Assembly (NCBI GenBank): GCA_000004985.1
Contig: GG739091.1
Reading direction: 5' to 3' (one strand)
Length of the DNA stretch: 8,148 nucleotides
Source: Naegleria gruberi
Lineage: Eukaryota
A program made the translations under genes and the position numbers. Positions 1 through 6,261 of the stretch are shown piece by piece. The notes beneath the pieces were generated by a model, which was given only the letters and a program-made list of their open reading frames with translations, did no database searches and was not told the origin of the DNA. The first letter of the stretch is position 1. Every line of letters begins with the position of its first letter.

Positions 1-616
1 CATTGTATTCGATTCAATAGTTTCGTCTTGGTTAAATTAATCTTGTACATGAAGAAAGCTCTCATAAATCTAAATATTAATGGCCATGCAATCGCCTGTG
101 GGAAAGTAAAGAACCCAATTGTCATCAAACCACATGGAAATGTCTTGCTCGACACTATTCTCCTCAATGTCAACACAACAACAAACCAAATCGAAGCTCC
201 CAAAGTAAAAAACAAATAAACTGGATTCCTAGCACTAACATAACTACTATTCCTCTTCCATATTACTCCCAACAATGAAAAAACCAGTGTTATCAAATAA
301 ACTATTAGAAACGTTAATGTAATTGCGAAGGAAAAATAAGTGTCTGGACAAAGTCCATAATTTAAAGTTGCATTTGATGATTCCCTGCTCCAGGGCGTAT
401 TCATAAGTGAAGGATGACATCTACTAGCGTTTTGATTGTTATTATTGATTAATTGAAGAACAGAGAAGAGATTGTTAAATGGCGACATTTTTTTCTTGAA
501 TGAACTTGTGATGACAATTCCCTAAATGGATGACAGCTAGTCCAAATTAGTATATTTATGTCAATTTGCCATTATAAAACATACGACAATGGTTGTAAAG
601 ATATTAATAATATATT

Positions 617-935
617 AATATATTTACAGTTAATTTTATTGAATTGAAATTGCTTCAACTCTTGCTTTATTTTCCTTCATCTGAAAGAGAAGCTTTAAGT
701 ATTTCCAAATCAAGCGAACCCTTTGGAAATCTGAAAGATTTAGAGAATTGGAAATGACCATTTTCTGTTTTCTTTTCAGCACTAATTGTAATCAAATCAC
801 CAAGTGAATTTTCCTTAATCTTTACCTCAATATCTTTCTTTTCAAACACATCTCTTGGAATGTTATTAATATCAAGTGAGAGCTCATCCATCTTGATTAA
901 TAGTTCTAATCACAAATGGAAACGGACTTTTCGTC
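617..935 (-). pseudogene. Truncated and frameshifted copy of the 3' half (alpha-crystallin-domain region plus 3' flank) of the sHSP gene at 4413-5321.
   Basis: Nucleotides 617-935 align to 4404-4765 with near-identity in the core (about 705-872 against 4533-4700). The six-frame ORF at 667-891 encodes DELSLDINNIPRDVFEKKDIEVKIKENSLGDLITISAEKKTENGHFQFSKSFRFPKGSLDL, a virtual copy of residues 208-267 of the full gene. Relative to the full gene there is a 5-bp deletion near 888 that shifts frame and a deletion of about 40 bp near 672-680 that removes the C-terminal strand and brings in an early stop. The N-terminal ~185 codons are absent. Confidence 0.7.
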
Positions 936-1298
936 AACCTGTATGAAAGAAATGATCAAGACTTTCAGGGGAAATGGTATTAAAGAGTAAATGAATAAGC
1001 GATTTACAGATAAAATCTCATTGGCGAAAATCGTAGTTATCATTCACATTGTAAAAATGGCAAAGAAGAACAATGAACAGCAGGAGATTGACTAAATATG
1101 TATTCAATACCAAAGTTGTGGTCTGACTTGTTTACAATGAGATTGTTCTAAATAGTTTCAAATATGTTTAGTATATCGGCAAGGTACGACTAGATTACAA
1201 CAGTTTGCCTTCCTTTTTAAAAAGGAAGAGAAACAAAATAATCATCGGTTGACATTTACTTATCAAAAAAACTGAGCAAACTATTTACCATCGTTTTT

Positions 1299-1853
1299 GT
1301 GGTCGGCATTTCTTTGTGTTGCGCCACACTACTTGCAGCCTGTTCCTTCTTCATTGCTTCAATAGTTGTCAATTCAACTGCAGATAAATTACAGGAAGAA
1401 TTCTTCGACATTGTCAATGTTAAGATTACAGCCAAAATTGTCAATGTTTTCAATAATTGTAAAACCTATAGAAGAGAGACAGAATGTTATCCAATTGTTC
1501 GAATGGTTGATTTCTATCCATTCCAAATAGAAAATGTTACAAACCCAAACAGCAATAACACAGTTACGAGAGCAACAACCATGGCCACATCCAATCTTTC
1601 AAAACTAAAAGTGGATGAGATTATTTCTCTCTACATTGAAGTGAATACAACACCATCCACAAGTTCTCAAATTACATGGAAGAAGGTAATGTATGAAAAA
1701 CCTGGAAATCCAAAATATGATGAATATCAATACTACAAGGCCGTTTTTAGCCCACTTCTTTTTATCATGCTGGCTTTAATTTGTCTTACTTTTATTTTCT
1801 TGTTTCTTCTTGTTGGTCTTATGTTTGCAAGCAGACCCGTTGGTCTTTTTTGA
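1299..1853 (+). CDS. Hypothetical membrane or surface glycoprotein. It has an N-terminal hydrophobic signal-like segment, multiple N-x-S/T sequons and a C-terminal ~27-aa hydrophobic anchor. The start codon is unresolved: there is no in-frame ATG before 1504.
   Basis: The 184-codon frame is open from 1242, but the first in-frame ATG is at 1504 (MVDFYPFQ...); the track's start at 1299 is GTG. The N-terminus (ISLCCATLLAACSFFIASIVV) and C-terminus (SPLLFIMLALICLTFIFLFLLVGLMFA) are hydrophobic. Sequons include NST, NVT, NNT and NTT. A possible upstream mini-exon is ATG 1163-1182 with GT at 1183 and AG at 1275-1276, which would join in frame. This is speculative. Confidence 0.4.
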   Translation: MVGISLCCATLLAACSFFIASIVVNSTADKLQEEFFDIVNVKITAKIVNVFNNCKTYRRETECYPIVRMVDFYPFQIENVTNPNSNNTVTRATTMATSNLSKLKVDEIISLYIEVNTTPSTSSQITWKKVMYEKPGNPKYDEYQYYKAVFSPLLFIMLALICLTFIFLFLLVGLMFASRPVGLF

Positions 1854-1866
1854 TGAATTAAAGTCT

Positions 1867-2669
1867 GATTACAATAAAGGTGATTCATTATGCATAATTT
1901 GTTTACCGACAAGTCTTATCCTATAATCTAGATAATCCGAGTCCTATTTCATTAATTATTCCTTCTATTTCTTCTGAAATAAATTTGACAATTCCTTTGT
2001 TCAATGTTTAGATGAACTTTAACCGCCAACAATTTAACAATATTTTAATTTAAAAAAAGTCATTGTTTCATGTTCGATCCAGCTGAAGAGCTACGAAAAA
2101 TCATCCAACGATGATAAGACTGAACCAAAGGCTAAAAAAAGGAAACTCCATGATGTAATTAATATAACCATGAATTTTTAGAACAAATGAAAGAATAATT
2201 GGGATGCACTATTGGTGAGATAATCAACTATTCCAAAAATATTAATTCTACAAGGGAATAATTTAATGACCTTTTAATAGAACTTATTTTGCATATGAAA
2301 GACCCGTCGATTAAGACTAGATGGTCAGTCGAAGAATGTATTACACGCTTAAAATCCCAATACAAAACAGAGCTAAAGACAAGGGTTGATCAAAAGGAAA
2401 AGTATAGGGATAGGGTGGATAAATTTAAAAAAACAAATCTATTGTTGATAAAGCACTATTTCAATAAACTTGACAGAAACAGAACATTCTATGATTTCAC
2501 CATCATCCAATGGTCCAAAAGTTTACTGTCTTTCCGTATAAAGGGACAATTTGGTTACAGCAGTTGGCAAATATTGTTAAAAGGATATCAATGAACAAGA
2601 TTGAAAGCAAGTGTTTCTACTAAGGTAGTTTCAGAAATTGTGGAAATTTACGAAACCGTTGAACCAATT
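1867..2669 (+). repeat. Copy A of a duplicated ~600-800 bp segment, truncated by the scaffold gap at 2670.
   Basis: Nucleotides 1867-2444 align to 3775-4337 and 2635-2669 to 4338-4367, with about a dozen substitutions and several small indels (a 16-bp block at 1900-1915 and a 12-bp block near 2112-2123 are present only in A). A carries an extra ~190 bp (2445-2634) that B lacks. Confidence 0.85.
2295..2594 (+). CDS. Small hypothetical basic, coiled-coil-like ORF (99 aa) carried inside repeat copy A.
   Basis: ATG at 2295, preceded by an in-frame TTG at 2289. The product reads MKDPSIKTRWSVEECITRLKSQYKTELKTRVDQKEKYRDRVDKFKK.... I recognise no family. Its B-copy counterpart is truncated. Confidence 0.3.
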   Translation: MKDPSIKTRWSVEECITRLKSQYKTELKTRVDQKEKYRDRVDKFKKTNLLLIKHYFNKLDRNRTFYDFTIIQWSKSLLSFRIKGQFGYSSWQILLKGYQ

Positions 2670-2895
2670 TNNNNNNNNNNNNNNNNNNNNNNNNNNNNNN
2701 NNNNNNNNNNNNNNNNNNNNNNNNNNNNNNNNNNNNNNNNNNNNNNNNNNNNNNNNNNNNNNNNNNNNNNNNNNNNNNNNNNNNNNNNNNNNNNNNNNNN
2801 NNNNNNNNNNNNNNNNNNNNNNNNNNNNNNNNNNNNNNNNNNNNNNNNNNNNNNNNNNNNNNNNNNNNNNNNNNNNNNNNNNNNNNNNNNNNNNN
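2670..2895. other. Scaffold gap (226 N). In copy A it sits where copy B has the sHSP coding region.
   Basis: A run of N. Six-frame ORFs crossing it are artefacts. Confidence 0.95.
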
Positions 2896-2927
2896 CCTTC
2901 TAAATTTGCTTGTTTTGTTGGATTCAT
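2896..2927 (-). CDS. Possible 5' end of a minus-strand gene that runs into the scaffold gap. Its position is equivalent to the sHSP start in copy B.
   Basis: A minus-strand frame is open from 3035 with its first ATG at 2927 (MNPTKQANLE...) and continues into the Ns at 2895. The region 3075-3283 on its upstream side is homologous to the sHSP upstream region 5380-5517. The N-terminus differs from that of the sHSP. Confidence 0.2.
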
Positions 2928-3058
2928 TGTATGTAGCAAGTGGTTGAGAAGGAGAGATTTGAGTGGATGAAGTTGTTGGTTTGGTTGAGAGAAGGATTTT
3001 GGTTTTCTACCCCTCTTCTTCTTGGTTGCTGTTAATCAATCCATTTGTTATTTAAATT

Positions 3059-3178
3059 CCGGTCTGACTTTTCCGGTCTGGTTTTTACTTCTAATTTCGG
3101 AATTAAAAATAGTCTATTTTTAATTTTTAAAATTTTATTTTTGGATGAGAGACCGGAAAATCTGGTCATTGACTCTGG
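3059..3178. repeat. Imperfect inverted repeat: (tt)ccggtctg x2 at 3059-3083 facing agaccggaaaa at 3151-3161, bracketing an AT-rich core.
   Basis: ttttccggtct at 3071-3081 is the reverse complement of agaccggaaaa at 3151-3161. tccggtctg is also directly repeated at 3060-3068 and 3074-3082. The element is extra sequence relative to the homologous region upstream of the sHSP in copy B. Confidence 0.5.
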
Positions 3179-3194
3179 CTTTTCTACTCCTACC

Positions 3195-3283
3195 TTATGA
3201 TTATTTCTTATTCCGAAGTGAACAAAATTGGTCAATTAACAATTAAGGAATTATTAAAGTTCCGTAAGTTTTTAAATTAATTG
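3195..3283 (+). promoter_or_regulatory. Conserved 88-bp upstream element, copy 1 (candidate cis-regulatory module).
   Basis: ttatgattatttcttattccgaagtgaacaaaattggtcaattaacaattaaggaattattaaagttccgtaagtttttaaattaattg is about 97% identical to 5429-5517, while the surrounding sequence carries multiple indels. Confidence 0.4.
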
Positions 3284-3370
3284 CAGAGGAAGATACGCGG
3301 TGTTAAAATGAGAGGGTGGTAAAAACCTCCCAGCGATGGCTGTACAAAAAAACTCGGCTGATAATTAATA

Positions 3371-3401
3371 CCTGCAGTATTTTAAAAATAAATACTGCAG
3401 G
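3371..3401. repeat. Perfect inverted repeat or hairpin: 12-bp arms (cctgcagtattt / aaatactgcagg) around a 7-nt A/T loop.
   Basis: Read directly: cctgcagtatttTTAAAAAaaatactgcagg. It contains two CTGCAG sites and lies in a locally GC-richer patch (3286-3420). Confidence 0.8.
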
Positions 3402-3623
3402 CACCTATTATTCCATGCCGGAAGATTATGTATTATTATGTATCAAATGATTATTATTTAATACAAATTGTTTGCTTCATTATGATTAAACATTAAACTA
3501 GGTTTTATTAATAATAAATACTGTTAATTTATTCAACAAATAGTAATATATATAAATAAACGTTAATATTTCAATAAACGTAAATAAACTTAAAAAGACG
3601 TTACTATTTGTAATTATTTGATA

Positions 3624-3678
3624 TAAATAAACGTAAATAAATGTAAATAAACGTAAATAAATGTAAATAAATGTAAAG
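3624..3678. repeat. 10-bp minisatellite (taaataaa[c/t]g) x5, with dispersed half-copies at 3555-3584.
   Basis: Five head-to-tail units (taaataaacg, taaataaatg, taaataaacg, taaataaatg, taaataaatg) followed by taaag. Copies of aaataaacgt recur at 3555-3564 and 3575-3584. Confidence 0.85.
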
Positions 3679-3724
3679 TCATGAAAATAGTTTATTTTTC
3701 TTCTGCAAAAAGCTTTTTCAATTC

Positions 3725-3774
3725 NNNNNNNNNNNNNNNNNNNNNNNNNNNNNNNNNNNNNNNNNNNNNNNNNN
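3725..3774. other. Scaffold gap (50 N) directly abutting the start of repeat copy B.
   Basis: A run of N. Confidence 0.95.
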
Positions 3775-4367
3775 GATCACAATAAAGGTGATTCATTATG
3801 CATAATTACTTATCCTATAATCTAGATAATCCGAGTGTCCTATTTCATTAATTATTCCTTCTATTTCTTCTGAAATAAATTTGACAATTCCGTTGTTCAA
3901 TGTTTAGATGAACTTTAACCGCCAACAATTTAACAATATTTTAACTTAAAAAAAGTCATTGTTTCATGTTCGATCCAGCTGAAGAGCTATGAAAAATCAT
4001 CGACTGAACCAAAGGCTAAAAAAAGGAAACTCCATGATGTAATTAATAACCATGAATTTTTAGAACAAATGAAAGAATAATTGGGATGCACTATTGATGA
4101 GATAATCAACTATTCCAAAAATATTAATTCTACAAGGGAAATAATTTAATGACCTTTTAATAGAACTTATTTTGCATATGAAAAACCCGTCGATTAAGAC
4201 TAGATGGTCAGTCGAAGAATGTATTACACGCTTAAAATCCCAATACAAAACAGAGCTAAAGACAAGTGTTGATCAAAAGGAAAAGTACAGGGATATGGTG
4301 GATAAATTTAAAAAAACAAAAATCTGTTGAAAAATTGTGGAAATTTATGAAACCGTTGAACCAATTG
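3775..4367 (+). repeat. Copy B of the duplicated segment, immediately downstream of the 50-N gap and immediately upstream (on the plus strand) of the sHSP 3' end.
   Basis: Direct alignment with 1867-2669. The junction of the ~190-bp deletion relative to A shows 1-2 bp of microhomology (atctgttga|aaaattgtgg). Confidence 0.85.
4178..4330 (+). pseudogene. Truncated paralog (50 codons) of the 2295-2594 ORF in repeat copy B.
   Basis: The first 47 residues match A apart from D3N, R31S and R40M. The ~190-bp deletion then brings a TGA in frame at 4328-4330. Confidence 0.3.
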
Positions 4368-4412
4368 ACCCAAATACGAAATTGGTTGTACAGACAATAG
4401 TTTCAGTTAATT

Positions 4413-5321
4413 TTATTCAATTGAAATTTCTTTAACTCTTTCTTTAATTTCTGGTTCATCAATTCTTGGAATTTTCACACTCAAAGTTCCTTCATCTGAA
4501 AGAGTTGCTTTAACTTTATCCAAATCAAGCGAACCCTTTGGAAATCTGAAAGATTTAGAGAATTGGAAATGACCATTTTCAGTTTTCTTTTCAGCACTAA
4601 TTGTAATCAAATCACCAAGTGAATTTTCCTTAATCTTTACCTCAATATCTTTCTTTTCAAACACATCTCTTGGAATATTATTAATATCTAGTGAGAGCTC
4701 ATTCTTTCCATCTTGATTAATTGTTCTAATCACAGATGAAATTGGACCTCTACGTCTCAATGGCTTATCAGTAGATGTTTCACTCATTGAAGAACTTTCA
4801 CTTGATGATGAAGATGAAGAGCTAATACTCTTTTGAGCATTATTATTCATAGAATTGAAAGAATTGGTATAATCTTCCCACCATTGATGATCATCAAAGA
4901 GGGAAGGCAACATGTTTGATCTTCTCATCATGTTATTCATTCTTCTTCTCATGGAATTGAAAGATTCATCAAAGTTAGAAAAAGGTGATGATTGAAACCA
5001 TTGATTATCAAACCAATCATTCTGATATCCTTGGTTCAATCCTTTCATCAACTTTTTCCAAATATTCTTCTTTGATTTCTTCCTTGATAACTTTTTAGAT
5101 TTTTCTGTTTTAATATTTAATTGAGGATTTGATGAGGAAGAGTATTTACCAGATTGATCATGATCTGGTAATGGTGTTGTTGATTGTCCCTCCTTCTCAA
5201 CACGTACCTCTTCCTCTGCTGTTATAAGGGAAATATCTAAACAATAAACAATGAAGAGTACTGCAAGTAGACTTGAAATGATTACTGTTGTTTTGAATTG
5301 TTGTTGATTTATCTTCATCAT
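4413..5321 (-). CDS. Small heat-shock protein (Hsp20/alpha-crystallin domain) with an N-terminal hydrophobic signal-anchor or signal peptide, a basic patch, a W/F/D/N-rich segment and a poly-Ser tract.
   Basis: Uninterrupted 302-aa ORF running from ATG to stop. The C-terminal ~90 residues (nt ~4464-4739) read GKNELSLDINNIPRDVFEKKDIEVKIKENSLGDLITISAEKKTENGHFQFSKSFRFPKGSLDLDKVKATLSDEGTLSVKIPRI. This matches the alpha-crystallin-domain beta-sandwich pattern, including the C-terminal V-K-A-x-L-x-D-G-x-L-x-[IV]-x-[IV]-P-[KR] stretch. Residues 11-33 (TTVIISSLLAVLFIVYCLDISLI) form a hydrophobic helix after a basic n-region. Residues 162-180 are a poly-Ser run. Residues 100-150 carry a W/F/D-rich region of the kind seen in sHSP N-terminal arms (WDPF-like). 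Confidence 0.8.
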   Translation of the reverse strand: MMKINQQQFKTTVIISSLLAVLFIVYCLDISLITAEEEVRVEKEGQSTTPLPDHDQSGKYSSSSNPQLNIKTEKSKKLSRKKSKKNIWKKLMKGLNQGYQNDWFDNQWFQSSPFSNFDESFNSMRRRMNNMMRRSNMLPSLFDDHQWWEDYTNSFNSMNNNAQKSISSSSSSSSESSSMSETSTDKPLRRRGPISSVIRTINQDGKNELSLDINNIPRDVFEKKDIEVKIKENSLGDLITISAEKKTENGHFQFSKSFRFPKGSLDLDKVKATLSDEGTLSVKIPRIDEPEIKERVKEISIE

Positions 5322-5428
5322 TATGATTTTCTTTTTGAGAATTGATGTTCTATGAAGCAGTTGATGATCAATTTATTGTACTTCGGAATAAAACACGTAT
5401 TATTGTTGTCTATTTTTAATACTTAACA

Positions 5429-5517
5429 TTATGATGTTTTCTTATTCCGAAGTGAACAAAATTGGTCAATTAACAATTAAGGAATTAATAAAGTTCCGTA
5501 AGTTTTTAAATTAATTG
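5429..5517 (+). promoter_or_regulatory. Conserved 88-bp upstream element, copy 2, lying 108-196 bp upstream of the sHSP ATG (minus-strand gene).
   Basis: Same sequence as 3195-3283. It sits in the 5' flank of the sHSP CDS. The sequence directly abutting the ATG is aaaatcataATG. Confidence 0.4.
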
Positions 5518-5725
5518 AATTAATAACATACCAATTGTAATTAATTCATTATTTATTTTGGTTCCCCAATTACCTCGTACAGAAGTATTATGATTGTGAT
5601 AGATCTATTGGAGTGTAGATAAATAAGGACTGTGAAACCCATAAGAGTGTATTAACACTAACATTTTTTTGTCAAATACACAAATTGTAGAGATTAATAT
5701 AGCATGATAAGAACCCCTCGAGTTG

Positions 5726-6179
5726 ATGCCTGCCTTTGGCAAATGGGAGGTAATTACTCAGGAAATTGCAACACAAGCTACAGAGAATTTCAAGGATGAT
5801 CCTGACGTTCTTCTTAATGTCATTCGAACCGATATTGCTCAACAAGTTGTCTCAAGAAATGGTCTTTTATTGCAATATTTCTCACCACAAATCAGAGCAA
5901 ACGATGTTGTGAAAATGGCCATTCAACAGAATCCGTCCTCTCTTCAAAAAAGAGTTTAGTCCAGAACGAGGAAATAGTAACAAAAGCAATTCAATATGAT
6001 GGATCAGTGCTACAATTCGCACAAACACAATTTAAATCAAGACAATTAGTATTGGAAGCTTGAGTAATGATGTTAGAGCATACAGATTAATAGATTCTTC
6101 GTTGAGAAGCGATGAAGATATTCTAAAGGTTTACTCCAACTCTACCAGTTGTTGGACTATTACATTCGATGAAAAGTAA
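5726..6179 (+). CDS. DUF4116-type repeat protein gene, interrupted by two apparent -1 frameshifts (at about 5946-5951 and 6058-6063). Read through, it encodes about 150 aa.
   Basis: Three consecutive frames each encode units of the DUF4116 repeat pattern (..D.evvl.Av.qnG.aLqyas.elr.D.e..): DPDVLLNVIRTDIAQQVVSRNGLLLQYFSPQIRANDVVKMAIQQNPSSLQ, then NEEIVTKAIQYDGSVLQFAQTQFKSRQLVLEA, then NDVRAYRLIDSSLRSDEDILKVYSNSTSCWTITFDEK. Both frame breaks coincide with homopolymers: A6 at 5946-5951 and the T-run in gcttga at 6058-6063. Adding one base at each gives the continuous peptide ...SSLQKKSLVQNEEIV...LVLEALSNDVRAY.... Confidence 0.6.
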
Positions 6180-6261
6180 ACACGTTGATTATTCAAAGAA
6201 TAGTTTCTTGACCACATACCATGCATTTTAGGAGACAAATTGATTGTTTTTTTTGAAAATA

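Noticed and set aside
28-219. 63-aa plus-strand ORF at the window start.
   Set aside because: It starts with TTG, has no ATG-led alternative of useful length and shows no recognisable features. It is probably spurious, or a fragment I cannot support.
1256-1453. Minus-strand 65-aa ORF overlapping the 184-aa ORF. The same applies to the short ORFs 3032-3235, 4060-4248, 6228-6437, 6240-6449 and 6692-6910.
   Set aside because: Each overlaps a longer, better-supported ORF on the other strand or a repeat, and none has notable features. They are antisense or shadow ORFs, which are expected by chance in AT-rich DNA.
2601-2970. Three six-frame ORFs (2601-2903 +, 2631-2939 -, 2638-2970 +) made mostly of X residues.
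   Set aside because: They are artefacts of translating the 226-N scaffold gap. Only the short minus-strand stub 2896-2927 is real sequence, and it is reported separately at low confidence.
3206-3225. Possible heat-shock element (TTCcGAAgtGAAc) inside the 88-bp conserved element, and a similar TTCgGAAt at about 5383.
   Set aside because: The GAA/TTC triplets are spaced 1 nt apart (TTCnGAA) or lie in the same orientation. This does not fit the canonical alternating nGAAnnTTCn pentamer array.
3266-3288. gtaagtttttaaattaattgcag, which looks like a nematode-style mini-intron.
   Set aside because: It is only 23 nt, shorter than any functional spliceosomal intron. The second copy of the element (5500-5517) lacks the cag. 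It is coincidental.
5033-5042. tRNA T-arm-like ggttcaatcc, and ggttcgaat at 6683-6691.
   Set aside because: Both lie inside well-supported CDSs, and no matching acceptor or D-arm complementarity is visible around them.
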